Shown here piece by piece: positions 21,431 to 33,954 of a DNA stretch of 64,000 nt. Origin of the DNA: Candidatus Sysuiplasma jiujiangense (GTDB lineage: Archaea > Thermoplasmatota > Thermoplasmata > Sysuiplasmatales > Sysuiplasmataceae); assembly GCA_019721075.1 (NCBI GenBank), contig JAHEAD010000010.1, positions 3,400-67,399 on the forward strand, given 5' to 3'. Each line of letters opens with the position of its first letter. Position 1 is the stretch's first letter. The translations under genes were made by a program, and so were the position numbers. The notes under the pieces are model-generated. The model saw only the letters and a program-made list of their open reading frames with translations, was not told the origin of the DNA and did no database searches.

Positions 21431-23104
21431 TCACTTCTGTTTCATTACCGCGCCCTTCGATGCGGAGGATACGAGTGCCGCATACTGTCCAAGAAGGCCC
21501 GATTTGTCCTTTTCCACCGGCCCCTTCCATTTGCTCCTCCGTTCATCCAACTCCTTTCCGTCGACGAGCAGGTCTATCCGTCCCTTTGCCGTGTCTATGA
21601 GTATCTCATCTCCGTTCCTGACAAGAGCGATGTTGCCGCCTGCATAGGCCTCAGGGCAGACATGCCCGACCATTATGCCCCTGGTCGCGCCGGAAAAACG
21701 GCCGTCAGTCACAAGGCCGACACTTTCCCCCAGTCCCTGACCGACAATGGCAGCTGTCACGGAAAGCATCTCTCTCATTCCGGGTCCGCCCTTCGGTCCT
21801 TCGTAGCGTATTACAACAACATGATTCTCGCTGACAGTGTGTGACAGGACTGCGTTGAACGCTTCCTCCTCGGAGTCGAAGACAAGAGCCTTCCCTTTCA
21901 TCCTTTCGACAGACGAAGCCGATGCTTTGATCACCGCCCCTTCCGGCGCAAGCGAGCCCCTGAGAATCCTGATGCCGCCTCTCCTGTAAAGCGGTCTGGA
22001 GAAGTCGCCCACAATATCGGTTCCGGTGTGGGCAAAACTGAATCCTGAGAGATTCTGACCCATCGTCCTGCCGGTGACTGTCATGGCTTCTTCCTTCAGG
22101 TAGCCGGCGTCCATAAGCTTCCTCATAAGGTACGGGACGCCTCCGATGCGGTAGAGGTCGGCCATCACATACTTTCCGCCAGGTTTCATGTTGACTATTT
22201 CGGGTATGCGCTGCCCGATGGCATCAAATTCATCCAGATCAAGTTTTATTCCGGCCTCCGATGCTATAGCTATCAGGTGGAGCACGGCGTTGGTTGAACC
22301 GCCCGATGCCATCAACACTGCAATCGCGTTTTCAAATGATTCGTGGGAGAGTATATCGCGTGGCCCGAGATCTGTTTCAATGAGCTTCATCAGCGCCCTT
22401 CCGGTTTCGAATACGAAGCCCGACTTCGCGCCTTCGACGGCCGGCGGCGCGGCAGAGCCGGGCAGAGCGAGTCCGAGTGACTCCGTCATCATTGCCATCG
22501 TATTTGCCGTATACAGGCCGCCGCATGCGCCGGGCGTCGGTATTGCATTGTCCTCCATGACCTTGAGTTCCTGCAGTGAAAGATTTCCGGATGAGTACGA
22601 CCCGACAGCCTCATAGACGTCTCCGATAGCAATCGGTTTCCCGTGATAGCTGCCCGGCAGTGTCGTCCCGCAGTAGATGACGATTGACGGTATATTCAGC
22701 CTGGCCATTGCCATCATCATACCGGGGCTGGTCTTGTCGCAGCCTGACAGACCGGCAAAACCGTCGTAGCCGTGCGCATTTACCGTAAGCTCCACGGTAT
22801 TGGCGATAAGCTCCCTGCTTATCAGCGAGTATCTCATTCCTCCTGTCCCCATTGCAATGCCGTCAATGACGACGGGAGCGGTGAATATCCTCGGTGTGCC
22901 TTTCTCGGCCCTTATTCCCTCCTTTGCCCTTTCGGCAAGCGAAAGGACATGAATGTTGCACGGGCCGGCCTCGTTCCAGGCTGCTGCCACCCCGACAATC
23001 GGACTCTCAAGGTCAGCGTCAGTCAGGCCCATCGATTTCATGAAGGCGCGATTCGGCGATCGTTCCGGGCCGCCGTAGATCCCGGCAGATCTTCTTTCTT
23101 TCAT
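21431..23104 (-). CDS. ilvD: Dihydroxy-acid dehydratase
   Basis: The N-terminal [17 protein letters not shown]...PIVGVAA block and the ILVD/EDD-family Cys cluster region ([11 protein letters not shown]) are present. Confidence 0.85.
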   Translation of the reverse strand: MKERRSAGIYGGPERSPNRAFMKSMGLTDADLESPIVGVAAAWNEAGPCNIHVLSLAERAKEGIRAEKGTPRIFTAPVVIDGIAMGTGGMRYSLISRELIANTVELTVNAHGYDGFAGLSGCDKTSPGMMMAMARLNIPSIVIYCGTTLPGSYHGKPIAIGDVYEAVGSYSSGNLSLQELKVMEDNAIPTPGACGGLYTANTMAMMTESLGLALPGSAAPPAVEGAKSGFVFETGRALMKLIETDLGPRDILSHESFENAIAVLMASGGSTNAVLHLIAIASEAGIKLDLDEFDAIGQRIPEIVNMKPGGKYVMADLYRIGGVPYLMRKLMDAGYLKEEAMTVTGRTMGQNLSGFSFAHTGTDIVGDFSRPLYRRGGIRILRGSLAPEGAVIKASASSVERMKGKALVFDSEEEAFNAVLSHTVSENHVVVIRYEGPKGGPGMREMLSVTAAIVGQGLGESVGLVTDGRFSGATRGIMVGHVCPEAYAGGNIALVRNGDEILIDTAKGRIDLLVDGKELDERRSKWKGPVEKDKSGLLGQYAALVSSASKGAVMKQK

Positions 23105-23169
23105 GCAGCTAGACTTGATTTCCTGTAATTTAACATTACGCAGATCGTGCCGGTGTGCCGCCGCGGCGC

Positions 23170-24471
23170 TCAGAAAAACCGGTGCTTTCCCCTGACGATT
23201 GTCCTTTCCCTCGTATGCCCGACAGAAACAATGAAAATTCTGGCACCCAGAAATTTTTCAATAAATTCCACATATCTCCTGGCAGACTCCGGAAGTTCAC
23301 GGTAGGTGTTGATGCCCTCGTCCAGCTGCTCTTCCCAGCCCCTGAATTCGCGGTAAACAGGCATGACAGAATTCAGCTGCGCAGAGGAGGAAGGATAGGA
23401 GGAGAGTTTTTTTCCGTTCAGCGTGTATCCGACGGCCACCCTCAGCCTGTCTATGCCGGAGAGAACATCCAGTTTGGTAAGTACAATCTCCCTTACGCCC
23501 GAAACCATGACGGCGTACTTCGCTGCAAATAGATCCAGCCAGCCGCAGCGCCTCTTCCTGCCTGTGGTCGTTCCGACCTCCATCCCCTTCAGCGCGAGAT
23601 GGTCCCCGACGCTGTCTGTAAGCTCTGTCGGAAAGGGGCCGGCGCCGACCCTCGTAGAATATGCCTTGAGGATGCCGACCGGCCTTATGTCGTAAACAGG
23701 CGAGAGCCCGCCGGCGGCATAAACGTTGCCCGCAACGGTGTTTGAAGAAGTGACAAACGGGTAATTGCCATGGTCGATATCCAGCATTATGCCGTGTGCG
23801 CCCTCAAAGAGCAGCTTCTTTTTCCTGGACATCATGCTGTTGATGAGCGATGACGTGTCTGTTATATGCTCCTTCAGTGCCACGGAGTATTCTGTCATCT
23901 TCCTGTATATCTCCTCTGCATCAACCGACACGCCGAGATTCAGGGCCGATGCGTATGCGTTCTTAATCCTGGAAACGAATTCGATCTTTTCCCTCAGGCC
24001 GCCGTTTTCCAGCAGTTCGCCCATCCTGAAACCGATCCTTGCGTGCTTGTCGGAATAACACGGTCCTATTCCCTTCCTTGTCGTGCCTATCGCCCGTTCC
24101 CCCCTCAGAGATTCCTCAGCGCCGTCAAGCTGTTTGTGATACGGCATCACGATGTGCGCCCTATCGCTTATGAACAGCCTGGAAACAGAGAAACCCTTCT
24201 TTTCCAGCTCATGCATTTCAGACAGCAGTTCCTCTGGATCCACGACCGAACCGTTCGCTATGATGCCGGTCACCTTCCTGTGAAGAATTCCGGAAGGGAT
24301 CTGATGGAACTTGAAGCGCTGATTGCCTATCTCAACAGTGTGCCCTGCATTCGCGCCCCCCTGGAATCTCACATTCGCATCCACATCGCTAGCGATGAAG
24401 TCTGTAATCTTTCCCTTTCCTTCATCCCCCCATTGTAGACCGACAATTACGGTTGCAGGCATATTTGCCAC
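23170..24471 (-). CDS. purA: Adenylosuccinate synthetase
   Basis: [17 protein letters not shown] is the P-loop, and GTTRKGIGP and the [12 protein letters not shown] motifs are present. Confidence 0.85.
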   Translation of the reverse strand: MANMPATVIVGLQWGDEGKGKITDFIASDVDANVRFQGGANAGHTVEIGNQRFKFHQIPSGILHRKVTGIIANGSVVDPEELLSEMHELEKKGFSVSRLFISDRAHIVMPYHKQLDGAEESLRGERAIGTTRKGIGPCYSDKHARIGFRMGELLENGGLREKIEFVSRIKNAYASALNLGVSVDAEEIYRKMTEYSVALKEHITDTSSLINSMMSRKKKLLFEGAHGIMLDIDHGNYPFVTSSNTVAGNVYAAGGLSPVYDIRPVGILKAYSTRVGAGPFPTELTDSVGDHLALKGMEVGTTTGRKRRCGWLDLFAAKYAVMVSGVREIVLTKLDVLSGIDRLRVAVGYTLNGKKLSSYPSSSAQLNSVMPVYREFRGWEEQLDEGINTYRELPESARRYVEFIEKFLGARIFIVSVGHTRERTIVRGKHRFF

Positions 24472-24572
24472 AACTCCGGTTGAGTAATAAAACTATTCCG
24501 TGTGAATGATTCGCGCGTCCGCTGTCTGCGACTGCGCCGCGCCGGAGAATCATTTATTCACCCGGACATGCC

Positions 24573-24989
24573 ATGGAGTGCTTTATGTCAATTAAAAAGA
24601 CTGAAATTGCGGCCCGGCCTGCAGAAGCCGCGGAACTGCTGAAATCGGTCATTGAAGGGGAGGGGATGCACGTGGATTGCCTCATCGACCATGCATCTGT
24701 TCTCAGAGAAGCAGGCATAACGCCCGTCGACGCCTATACGCTGCTCTTCAGCTCTGCGAAAATATCATCAAGGCTCCTGTTAAAAAACAGCGAAATTGCG
24801 CTGGACATCCCTCTGAGGATAGCTGTTGTTAACGAGGGTGGCAGAACACTGCTGGTATACAGGGATATGCACCCGCTTCTCAGCAGTTACCAGGGAGCCG
24901 GAATGGTTGATGTCATAAACAGTGTCAATGGTCTGACCGACAGTGTTGTTCAAACGGCCGTGAGCAGAGCGCGCGGGAACAGCGTCTGA
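24573..24989 (+). CDS. DUF302-family small protein
   Basis: It is about 135 aa with an alpha/beta pattern resembling DUF302. Confidence 0.45.
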   Translation: MECFMSIKKTEIAARPAEAAELLKSVIEGEGMHVDCLIDHASVLREAGITPVDAYTLLFSSAKISSRLLLKNSEIALDIPLRIAVVNEGGRTLLVYRDMHPLLSSYQGAGMVDVINSVNGLTDSVVQTAVSRARGNSV

Positions 24990-25039
24990 CTGGCTTTCGG
25001 CCACCTCTCTTCCCCGAGTCGGTTAAATACAGTGCCGCT

Positions 25040-25762
25040 GTGAGCAGCTTCATGCAGAACGAAATGAGATATACCGTCCCCAATGAAACGGGAAATGAAG
25101 CGGCAGCGGTGCTGTCATGCATGCCGCTTTTCGGCAATTCCGGCAATCTTCTCAAACGCGGATGCAGCTGCCTTCTCAAAGGTGAGACTGCTGTTGCCGG
25201 AAGAATACTGCACTCTGCAGTGTTCAGGGCAATGTCGTACTCCGGAGGCACTGTTCTCTGGGTTGACGGTGGAAATGTCTTCGATCCCTACACAATGACC
25301 GATCTGTCTGAAAAATGCGGCAGCGATACGGAGGAGATGCTTTCAAGGATAAAGATTGCAAGAGCATTCACGGCACACCAGATGAACGCCATCTCGCTGT
25401 CTGCACTTGAGGAGGCGAAAAAGGGAGAGGTCTGCTTTCTTGCGGTTTCCTCCCTCCCGGACCTGTTCATAAGCGACGTGCGCTGGAAGGAAGGAGTGCA
25501 GCTGCTGAACAGCACGCTGAAAACATTCCGTGAGCTCACAGGCATGCATAACTGCTGGTCAGTGATGACGGCGGACTGCAGCATGCCTGATGGCGCAGAG
25601 ATTGGTAAAATATTTGCGGAAAATTTTGAGAATGTCATTGAGGTTGATTATTCCGGCGGCAGACTTGAAATAGATTCCATGGACGATTTCGCTTCAGTGA
25701 GAAGATGGAATCTGCATGAATACCAGAGATCCCTCTTCGATTTCAGCTGCAGGGATGATTAA
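25040..25762 (+). CDS. RecA/RadB/KaiC-fold protein with a degenerate, probably non-catalytic P-loop
   Basis: The sequence is LLKGETAVAGRILHSAVF...TVLWVDGGNVFDPYTMTD...EEMLSRIKIARAFTAHQ...VCFLAVSSL. This is RecA-like topology, but Walker A lacks the Lys-Thr/Ser (GETAVAGR) and Walker B lacks the Asp. Confidence 0.45.
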   Translation: MSSFMQNEMRYTVPNETGNEAAAVLSCMPLFGNSGNLLKRGCSCLLKGETAVAGRILHSAVFRAMSYSGGTVLWVDGGNVFDPYTMTDLSEKCGSDTEEMLSRIKIARAFTAHQMNAISLSALEEAKKGEVCFLAVSSLPDLFISDVRWKEGVQLLNSTLKTFRELTGMHNCWSVMTADCSMPDGAEIGKIFAENFENVIEVDYSGGRLEIDSMDDFASVRRWNLHEYQRSLFDFSCRDD

Positions 25763-26008
25763 ATGGGCAGAACAGTTCCGACGTTCAGGGAGGAAATGGA
25801 AAGAATAATCGGAAGATGGGAAAGATTCGGAAAAGGCATGCGCAGTGATGACAGGGTTTATCTTGACAGGATTGTGGCAAAAGCGAGACACAATGCGGCC
25901 GCCTCGGCGTATGCGGCCCTGCTGAATCCTGTTGAGGGCATGCTGCTTTCTGTTCTCATAGAGCAGGAAAAGGAGATCGACGGACTCAGAAACAGATACC
26001 GTTTCTGA
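25763..26008 (+). CDS. Small helical protein (81 aa), same frame as the upstream gene and separated from it only by TAA followed by ATG
   Basis: The stop TAA at 25760-25762 is immediately followed by ATG at 25763. The sequence is MGRTVPTFREEMERIIGRWERF... Confidence 0.35.
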   Translation: MGRTVPTFREEMERIIGRWERFGKGMRSDDRVYLDRIVAKARHNAAASAYAALLNPVEGMLLSVLIEQEKEIDGLRNRYRF

Positions 26009-26024
26009 AGGAACTGAACGGAAG

Positions 26025-28154
26025 ATGGAAGGATGGCTGCTTGATGCATATGCAGATACGGGAAGCAACAGCATAGTGCTGTGGCTGAAGGATGGAGGCA
26101 CCAGGAAAGTCGAATTACGCTGCACCTCGTATTTCTATCTGCATGGCGACTGCGGGGACATAGAAAGGAAATTCTCAGGGATGGATGACATAGATATCCG
26201 GCATGAGGAGAGGAGGATTGCCCCTTCGATGAAAAGAGCCGATCTGCTGAAAATCTCCTCCGGGAATCTCTCCCTCCTGAGAAAAATTGCTGACGGACTG
26301 TGCCTTTACCATGCAGCGGCGGGCATTACGCTGTACGATGTTGACGTGCCGTACGAGCAGCGCTTCATGGCCGACAACGGCATATTCCCCCTGGCGCGCA
26401 TACACATATCACGGGGAAATGAAATCACATGCATGGACTCCTGCGATGACATACTGTACGATATGCCCCCTCTGAATACAAGCCGCCTGGAGATCAGATA
26501 CGGCTCCGGACATGGCGAAATTTCCATAGCGTCATCTGTCCTGGACGGTGAAGAGATAACAGGGAGCGAGGAGTACATACTTCTTGAAACGGCGAAACGA
26601 CTCAGGGAGAAGGATACAGACATAATCATAACGGAGGGCGGTGACAGGGGAGGCATACAGGAGATGCACAGAAGGGCTCACGCTCTTGCCCTGCGCTCGT
26701 TTGCACTGGGAAGGGAAGGGGGGCTGCAGGAATCGTACAGGTCCAGGAGCTATACAAGCTACGGAAGGGTTCTGTTCAGGCCGTCTCCCGCCCTGCTCAG
26801 GGGAAGGATACACATCGATGCCGGCAACTCGTTCATTTACATGGAGTCGGGCATCGAGGGGCTGGCAGAAATTTCACGTCTTTCGCTGACAGGAATGCAG
26901 CGCATGGCAAGGCTCTCCCCCGGAACAGCCGTAAGCGGCATGGAGAATATCGAGGCGCTGAGGAGACGGATTGCTGTCCCTTACAGAAAGAACAGACCGG
27001 AAGATTTCAAAAGCGCCGCAGAGCTGATAGAGGCGGACAGGGGGGGATTCATTTACACGCCCGAAACAGGTTTCAGCACAGGCGTTTACGGGGTTGACTT
27101 CTCTTCGCTGTTTCCCAGCATAATGGACAAATGGAACATCTCCGCGGACTCGCTTAACTGCTCATGCTGCGGCAGCGGCACAAATGCGGCTCCGGGCCTT
27201 CCGTACCATTTTTGCGGCAGGAGAAGGGGGATTGTACCTGCCGTTGTGCACAGACTGATTGCGAGAAGAATGAGATACAAGAAGATGGGCGATGAAATAT
27301 CGCTGAAAAAAAGCAATGCGCTGAAATGGGTTCTTGTCACCTCCTTCGGCTACACAGGGTACAAAAATGCAAAATTCGGCAGCATAGAGTGCCATGAAGC
27401 CATAAACGCAATTGGAAGGGAGATCCTGCTGGCCGCCTCACGCATAGCCGGGGAAATGAACTTCCGAGTGCTGCATGGAATAGTCGATTCCCTTTGGCTT
27501 TCCGGCAGCGGAGACATAAATGAATTTGCTGCAAGAGTTGATAAGACAACGGGTCTGCACATAGAAGTCGAAGGAAAATACAGATGGATTGTTTTTCTCG
27601 GTAACAGGAGCAACGGTGAAGGCAGCCTGAACAGGTACTACGGTGAATTCGAAGACGGCACAATGAAGCTGAGGGGGATAGAGCTGAGAAGATCCGATAC
27701 GCCGGGCGTTGTACGGTTTGCGCAGAACATACTGCTTGAGAACCTGCGTGGTTCAACAGACATGGATGACTTCAGGCGCAGGGCCGTAAAGGGCATTGGG
27801 ATGGTAAGGGAAGTTGTCCGGTGCATCAAATCAGGAGACTGTCCCGTGGAAGAGCTTGTGATTGCCAGACGCGTTTCGAAGGAATACGGGGAATACAGTG
27901 CCGGGACGGAACAGAAACGGATACTCTCCTCCCTTAATGGGAGGGGAGTCAGGGTTAATGCCGGCGAGGTCGTGAGATACCTGGTTACCAGAGACGTGGA
28001 GGGGAAGGCGGCAATACCTGCAGGACAGCTGGACGGAAATGAAAATTATGATGCGCATTACTACACGCGACTGGTCGCAAGGGCGTTGTCTACAATGCTC
28101 TGCCCGCTCGGTTTTACAGAAAAGAAGATACTCGGAATGCTCAGGTATTTTTAA
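26025..28154 (+). CDS. Family-B DNA polymerase paralog with no exonuclease motifs and a degenerate motif C (inactivated-PolB-like)
   Basis: It has the N-terminal PolB motif [21 protein letters not shown], motif [14 protein letters not shown] intact, motif [14 protein letters not shown] roughly conserved, and motif C HGIVDS where YGDTDS is expected. No FDIET or YxxxD exonuclease motifs were found. Confidence 0.7.
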   Translation: MEGWLLDAYADTGSNSIVLWLKDGGTRKVELRCTSYFYLHGDCGDIERKFSGMDDIDIRHEERRIAPSMKRADLLKISSGNLSLLRKIADGLCLYHAAAGITLYDVDVPYEQRFMADNGIFPLARIHISRGNEITCMDSCDDILYDMPPLNTSRLEIRYGSGHGEISIASSVLDGEEITGSEEYILLETAKRLREKDTDIIITEGGDRGGIQEMHRRAHALALRSFALGREGGLQESYRSRSYTSYGRVLFRPSPALLRGRIHIDAGNSFIYMESGIEGLAEISRLSLTGMQRMARLSPGTAVSGMENIEALRRRIAVPYRKNRPEDFKSAAELIEADRGGFIYTPETGFSTGVYGVDFSSLFPSIMDKWNISADSLNCSCCGSGTNAAPGLPYHFCGRRRGIVPAVVHRLIARRMRYKKMGDEISLKKSNALKWVLVTSFGYTGYKNAKFGSIECHEAINAIGREILLAASRIAGEMNFRVLHGIVDSLWLSGSGDINEFAARVDKTTGLHIEVEGKYRWIVFLGNRSNGEGSLNRYYGEFEDGTMKLRGIELRRSDTPGVVRFAQNILLENLRGSTDMDDFRRRAVKGIGMVREVVRCIKSGDCPVEELVIARRVSKEYGEYSAGTEQKRILSSLNGRGVRVNAGEVVRYLVTRDVEGKAAIPAGQLDGNENYDAHYYTRLVARALSTMLCPLGFTEKKILGMLRYF

Positions 28155-29280
28155 GCCTGGAAAAGAAGCTGCGTCCCTTTTCCTCCTCAATCGTATCGAA
28201 TTTGCGCAGCAGCTCCTTCTGCTCCGATGTGAGCTTCTTCGGTATTTTCACCTTCACAGTAACGAAAAGGTCACCGTTGGATCTTCCCTGAAGCCTCGGC
28301 AGGCCAAGGCCCGCGAGTTTGAGGACTGTGCCGGGCTGTGTGCCCGGCGGTATCTGGAGACGCGCCTTTCCCGTTATGTGCGGCACATCTATCTCGCCGC
28401 CCAGCGCAGCAACAGTGAACGGCACCTCCGCCGAATAGTGGAGGTTTTCGCCGTCACGCTCGAAAACATCATGCCTCTTCAGATTCATTACAACGTAGAG
28501 GTCACCAGGAGGGCCGCCGTTTACACCCGGTTCCCCGGCCCCCGGGATGCGAAGGCGCATTCCGTCCTCGGCGCCCTTTGGTATGTTGACCTCTATCCTG
28601 GAAACTGTCTGAACCCTTCCCCTGCCGCCGCATGTCCTGCATTTTTCCCTTATGACTTTTCCACGGCCGCCACAGGTCGAACAGGTCCGTACGGTGACAA
28701 AATTGCCGCCGAGCGCATTCTGCCTGTAGGTTATCTGCCCCCTGCCGCCGCAGGTTGTGCATGTCTCCAGTCTGCCCTTTTCGGCCCCTGTGCCGCCGCA
28801 GTCCTTGCATGCGACCGATCTTGGAACTTCAATAATCCTCTTTGATCCTGAATTGACCTCCTCAAGAGAAATTTCGAGATCGTACTGCAGGGATGCGCCG
28901 CTCTCAGCATAATTCCCGCGCCTCTGACCCTGTCCGCCGAAAAACACGTCAAAAATCGAACCGCCGCCGCCAAAGCCAAAACCGATGTTGCTGAAGATGT
29001 CGTTGATGTCCTGGAAATGGGTGAAATTGGACCAGTCGAAACCGCCGCCGCCGAAGTTCACCGCTTCGCTGCCGTAGGTGTCGTAATTTTTCCTTTTTTC
29101 CGGATCCATAAGGACTTCGTACGCCTCGGATATGTCCTTGAACTTCTCCTCCGCGACCTTCCTGTCTATTTTTGCCACGTCCGGATGGTATTTCTGCGCA
29201 AGCTTTCTGTAGGCTCTCTTTATCTCGTCCGGGGTAGCACTCTTTTCCACTCCCAGGACCGCATAATAGTCCTTCGCCAT
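28141..29280 (-). CDS. dnaJ: Chaperone DnaJ
   Basis: The J-domain is [30 protein letters not shown], followed by a G/F-rich region and four CxxCxGxG zinc-finger repeats. Confidence 0.85.
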   Translation of the reverse strand: MAKDYYAVLGVEKSATPDEIKRAYRKLAQKYHPDVAKIDRKVAEEKFKDISEAYEVLMDPEKRKNYDTYGSEAVNFGGGGFDWSNFTHFQDINDIFSNIGFGFGGGGSIFDVFFGGQGQRRGNYAESGASLQYDLEISLEEVNSGSKRIIEVPRSVACKDCGGTGAEKGRLETCTTCGGRGQITYRQNALGGNFVTVRTCSTCGGRGKVIREKCRTCGGRGRVQTVSRIEVNIPKGAEDGMRLRIPGAGEPGVNGGPPGDLYVVMNLKRHDVFERDGENLHYSAEVPFTVAALGGEIDVPHITGKARLQIPPGTQPGTVLKLAGLGLPRLQGRSNGDLFVTVKVKIPKKLTSEQKELLRKFDTIEEEKGRSFFSRLKNT

Positions 29281-29309
29281 CCTACGATAACCTCAGGCAA
29301 TCAAGTAGT

Positions 29310-31193
29310 TTACTTGTCATCAACTATTTTGTAGTTTGCGTCAACGTATCCGCCGTCTCCTCCGTCCTTGCCGTGGTCTCCGCCGCCGGGCGTACTCTCC
29401 TGGCCGGGACCCTGGGAGGAGCCTTCTGTCTGCTGCTTTGATTCCTCGGCCTGCTTCTGATATATCCTTGAGGTGACCTCATACACAGCCTTGCTCAGCT
29501 CTTCAGTCTTCTGCTTGATCTTTTCGATGTCGTCGCCCTTGAGAAGTTCTTCAAGTTCCAGTCTGACCTTTTCAATACTCTCCCTGTCCTGCGCCGAAAC
29601 CTTGTCACCGAGATCGTCCAGTGTCTTCTTTGTCGTATATGCCATGGTCTCTGCCATGTTCCTCGCTTCGGCCTTTTCCTTTAACTTCCTGTCCTCCTCC
29701 GCAAACTGTTCCGCCTCCCTCATCATTCTGTCTATCTCGTCTTTCGAAAGTTTGTTCGACGCGGAGATGGTTATCTTCTGTTCCTTTCCGGTGCCCATAT
29801 CCTTTGCGCTGACATGGAGTATGCCGTTCGCGTCAATGTCGAATGTAACCTCTATCTGCGGTATTCCTCTCGGCGCCGGAGGAATGCCGATAAGACTGAA
29901 TCGCCCAAGCGTCACGTTATTAGCTGCCATTGGCCTCTCTCCCTGCAGCACATGAACCTCGACGCTTGTCTGACCGTCCGAGGCAGTGGTGAAGATCTCA
30001 GACTTCCTGGTGGGTATCGTCGTATTTCTCTCAATCAGCTTGTGAAACACACCCCCCTGGACCTCAACCCCAAGTGAAAGAGGCGTCACATCGAGCAGCA
30101 GTATATCCTTGACAGTCCCTTCAAGAACGCCGCCCTGTATTGCGGCGCCCATTGCAACGCACTCCATCGGATCCACTCCACGAACGATCTTCGAGCCGAA
30201 AATATCCTCGACGAACTTCTGTATCACAGGCATTCTGGTGGGGCCGCCCACGAGTATTATTTTATCGATTCCGGAAGCGCTGATTTTGGCATCGCCAAGC
30301 GCGCGGTTCACCGGTTCGCGGCACCTTTCGACGATTGGTCTGACCAGATCTTCCAGCTTTGCCCTGGTGATTTTCATTGTCAGATGCTTTGGACCTGAGG
30401 AGTCCTGTGCTATGAATGGCAGGTTGATTTCTGTCTCGATTATTGTGGAGAGCTCAACCTTTGCCTTTTCACATGCTTCCCTGATGCGCTCCATCGCCAT
30501 GTTGTCCTTTGTAAGGTCCACACCGCTTTCAGTCCTGAAGGCGGATACAACATAGTCGATCAGGGCACGATCCATGTCCGTGCCGCCGAGCTGCGTATCA
30601 CCGCTTGTCGAAATTACCTCGAAAACGCCCTGGCCGAATTCCATTATAGTGACATCCAGCGTTCCGCCGCCCAGGTCGAAGACGAGTATCTTCTGTTCCT
30701 TGTCCGATTTGTCAAGGCCGTATGCGAGAGCGGCCGCAGTCGGTTCGTTGATTATCCTCACGACTTCAAGACCTGCAATCGTCCCGGCATCCTTTGTAGC
30801 CTGGCGCTGATTGTCGTTGAAGTACGCTGGCACTGTTATTACTGCCTTCTGCGCAGGTCCGCCGAGAAACGCTTCTGCGTCCCTCTTTATCTTCTGCAGG
30901 ATTAATGCAGAAATCTGCTGTGGGGTGTATTCCTTCCCGCCCACTTTGTACTTGTAGTCGGTGCCCATCTTCCGTTTCGCTGCGAAAATCGTTCCGGTCG
31001 GATTGGTTATTGCCTGCCTTCTGGCGGGTTCGCCAACGAGGACACCATCCTTCGTAAACGCCACGACCGAAGGAAACGCCTTTCCGCCTATGCTCGTCCC
31101 TTCCGCGCTGGGTATAATTGTAGGCCTACCGCCTTCAATAACTGCAGCAGCCGAATTGCTTGTTCCCAGATCTATACCGATAATTTTTGCCAT
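29310..31193 (-). CDS. dnaK: Chaperone DnaK (Hsp70)
   Basis: [26 protein letters not shown], and the [11 protein letters not shown] motifs are present. Confidence 0.9.
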   Translation of the reverse strand: MAKIIGIDLGTSNSAAAVIEGGRPTIIPSAEGTSIGGKAFPSVVAFTKDGVLVGEPARRQAITNPTGTIFAAKRKMGTDYKYKVGGKEYTPQQISALILQKIKRDAEAFLGGPAQKAVITVPAYFNDNQRQATKDAGTIAGLEVVRIINEPTAAALAYGLDKSDKEQKILVFDLGGGTLDVTIMEFGQGVFEVISTSGDTQLGGTDMDRALIDYVVSAFRTESGVDLTKDNMAMERIREACEKAKVELSTIIETEINLPFIAQDSSGPKHLTMKITRAKLEDLVRPIVERCREPVNRALGDAKISASGIDKIILVGGPTRMPVIQKFVEDIFGSKIVRGVDPMECVAMGAAIQGGVLEGTVKDILLLDVTPLSLGVEVQGGVFHKLIERNTTIPTRKSEIFTTASDGQTSVEVHVLQGERPMAANNVTLGRFSLIGIPPAPRGIPQIEVTFDIDANGILHVSAKDMGTGKEQKITISASNKLSKDEIDRMMREAEQFAEEDRKLKEKAEARNMAETMAYTTKKTLDDLGDKVSAQDRESIEKVRLELEELLKGDDIEKIKQKTEELSKAVYEVTSRIYQKQAEESKQQTEGSSQGPGQESTPGGGDHGKDGGDGGYVDANYKIVDDK

Positions 31194-31211
31194 GTTATCA
31201 CCTTTTGATAT

Positions 31212-31904
31212 TCACACGTCCCTTTCAGTTTCATCCTGACTCTGCTTTCCTTCGACCCTTCTTGAAACTCGCACCTTTGCCGGTCTGATTACCTTTGTTC
31301 CGAGCGTATACCCTTTCTGGTATACCTCCATTATTTCATTATCGCCGAATTCGGAGTTTTCCTGAACCACAATAGCTTCATGGTAATAGGGGTCGAAGAG
31401 TTTGTTTGTAGGTATTTCCCTCACTCCTTCCTCAGTCAGTATCTGCATTGTGTTTTCCCTTATTTTCTCGATGCCCGCCCTGAACGGATCGTTGTTGCCG
31501 TTCTTCGTTTCGTCGAGGCCGCGGTCCAGATCATCTATGACTGTTATCAGTTTCCTTACCATCCTCTCCACAACAAGCTTGCTGTATTCTTCCCTCTCTC
31601 TTTCAATCCTTTTCCTGTAATTATCGAAATCAGCCTGTATTTTTTTCAGAAGACTCTCATAGTCTCTGATTATGGATTCCTTCTCGTCAAGGGATTTTTT
31701 GAGAAGGCTGTTCTCACCTGTAAGGTTTTCAATCAGTTCCAGCTTTGCACTTGTTTCTTCTGACGGCGCTTCGCCTTCACCGGCAGCGACAACGCTCTTC
31801 TCTTCGTTACGAACAATCTCAGCCTTTGGATTAGTTCCCTGCCCTTCTGCCTGTGTCGCTTCCTTGTCGGAAGAATTGTTGTCCATCGTTTCACCTTGCT
31901 GCAT
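31212..31904 (-). CDS. grpE: Nucleotide exchange factor GrpE
   Basis: It has a coiled-coil N-terminal region and IQADFDNYRKRIEREREE...ITVIDDLDRGL. It heads the grpE-dnaK-dnaJ operon. Confidence 0.8.
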   Translation of the reverse strand: MQQGETMDNNSSDKEATQAEGQGTNPKAEIVRNEEKSVVAAGEGEAPSEETSAKLELIENLTGENSLLKKSLDEKESIIRDYESLLKKIQADFDNYRKRIEREREEYSKLVVERMVRKLITVIDDLDRGLDETKNGNNDPFRAGIEKIRENTMQILTEEGVREIPTNKLFDPYYHEAIVVQENSEFGDNEIMEVYQKGYTLGTKVIRPAKVRVSRRVEGKQSQDETERDV

Positions 31905-32024
31905 ACCGGACCGGCTGCATGAACCATCTTTCCGTTTCCTGTGTTATTAACCTTGCGGAAACGGAAACCGGCATCACGAGCGCAGCCGTGCGGATGCCGG
32001 TCCGGGAAGAGCTTTCCTGGCTAT

Positions 32025-33671
32025 TCAGTCTTCGCCTTCAGAGGGTCCTTCTCCTCCGGGCGGTGTCTTTCCGCCCCCTGGAGAGGAGGATTTCGTCGCG
32101 ATAACGTCATCTATGCGCAATATCATGCAGGCGGCATCGGTGGCCGACTGGATGGCCTGCCTGCCTACCCTTATCGGCTCCAGCACCTTGGCCTTCATCA
32201 TATCGGCTACCTTGCCATTGAGGACATCCACCCCATGATACCTGTTGCCGTTCTTGTGGCTGCTCCTGAGCTCAATCAGTATGTCTATCGTGTCCATACC
32301 CGCGTTTTCAGCAAGCGCCGAAGGTATCACCTCAAGCGCCTCAGCGAAAGCCTCTATGGCAATCTGTTCCCTGCCTCCGACGGATGTTGCGTAATCACGC
32401 AGTTTCTGCGACAGTTCTATTGCGGCAGCGCCTGCGCCCACCACCATCTTGCCATCCTCCACTGCGAGAGCGGCAACGCTGATTGCATCCGTCATGGACC
32501 TTTCCACTTCATCGACAACATGTTCACTCCCTCCCCTGATCAGGATGGAAACGGATTTCGGGTTCTTGCATCCCGTTACAAATGTCATCTCGTCGTCCTG
32601 TATCTTTCTTGCCTCGACCAGGGATGCGTAGCCAAGATCCTTTGCTGTCAGATCGCTCAGCTTTGTGATTACGCTTGCGCCTGTTGCCTTTGCGAGTTTG
32701 TCCACGTCCGACTTCTTTACGCGGCGCACTGCAAATATTCCTTCCTTCGCGAGGAAATGCTGGGCAAGATCGTCTATCCCTTTCTGGCAGAACACGACGT
32801 TTGCCTTCACGTTCTTTATGCTGTCAACCATCGAACGCAGCATGTGCTCCTCTTCATCGAGGAAGCCGCGAAGCTGGGAAGGATCGCTTATCTCGATCTT
32901 GGATTCGAATTCCGTCTTCTTGATTTCAAGCGCAGCATCGATTACAGCAATTCTTGCGTCCTTTACGAGTTTTGGCATAGCCGAATGGACAGGCTCCTTG
33001 TCCACTATGACACCCTTCAGAAGCTGTGTGTCACCGACACCGCCGCCCTGCTTCTTTACGATTTGAATATCGTCATCATCCACTGTGGTCTTACCGTCCG
33101 ACTCTTCGGCAACACTGAGCACGGCGTCAACGGCTATCTTCGCCAGCTGTTCCCTTACGCCGGCCACACCCTTGGAACTCATGGCTGTCGCAGCTATTTC
33201 CCTGAGCGTTTCCCTGTCATCGCGTGAGACTTTAGTGGCGATTGAGTCGAGAAATTCCATGCACTTGCCGGCTGCATCCTTGTACCCTCTGGTAATAACA
33301 GTGGGATGGACGTTGCTGTCTATAAGCTCCTGGGCTTTCTTGAGCAGTTCGCCTGCAAGGACAACCGCGGTGGTGGTTCCGTCGCCGCATTCGGAGTCCT
33401 GTGTCTTTGCAACTTCAACCAGCATCTTTGCCGCGGGATGATCAATTTCCATTTCCTTGAGAATGGTTACGCCATCGTTTGTTATCACAACATCGCCCAT
33501 GCTGTCGACAAGCATCTTGTCCATTCCTCGTGGTCCGAGAGTGGTTTTTACAGCGTTGGCGATTGCCATCGCTGCCTTAATGTTGTTGGCCTGCGCATCT
33601 TTGCCTTTCTCTCTCTTTGTTCCTTCCTTCAGTATCAGTATCGGTACCTGTCCACCCTGTCCAGACATCAT
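32025..33671 (-). CDS. ths: Thermosome (group II chaperonin) subunit
   Basis: [41 protein letters not shown], and the [10 protein letters not shown] motifs are present. Confidence 0.9.
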   Translation of the reverse strand: MMSGQGGQVPILILKEGTKREKGKDAQANNIKAAMAIANAVKTTLGPRGMDKMLVDSMGDVVITNDGVTILKEMEIDHPAAKMLVEVAKTQDSECGDGTTTAVVLAGELLKKAQELIDSNVHPTVITRGYKDAAGKCMEFLDSIATKVSRDDRETLREIAATAMSSKGVAGVREQLAKIAVDAVLSVAEESDGKTTVDDDDIQIVKKQGGGVGDTQLLKGVIVDKEPVHSAMPKLVKDARIAVIDAALEIKKTEFESKIEISDPSQLRGFLDEEEHMLRSMVDSIKNVKANVVFCQKGIDDLAQHFLAKEGIFAVRRVKKSDVDKLAKATGASVITKLSDLTAKDLGYASLVEARKIQDDEMTFVTGCKNPKSVSILIRGGSEHVVDEVERSMTDAISVAALAVEDGKMVVGAGAAAIELSQKLRDYATSVGGREQIAIEAFAEALEVIPSALAENAGMDTIDILIELRSSHKNGNRYHGVDVLNGKVADMMKAKVLEPIRVGRQAIQSATDAACMILRIDDVIATKSSSPGGGKTPPGGEGPSEGED

Positions 33672-33954
33672 ATTTTAACTCTCCTGGATTGCTTTTGATT
33701 GCTTATGTTTGCTCTTCTATATAATACTATCTTAGACCTGATCTGCAACGTTGCCAAGTCATTACCTACAGGCATCATGGCATGTCCACAAGTTCCATGG
33801 AACCGTTTTGCAATTTGCAGCGGATTCATAAATGGAGGCAAGTGTCTGCCTCAACAGGACAGGCATGAAAAATATTTGCATGAAGTCATCAGAACCAATG
33901 CAGCATCGCGATTCTATCATGAGCTTTCGTGGGATCAGGGATGCTCGCCGCCAC

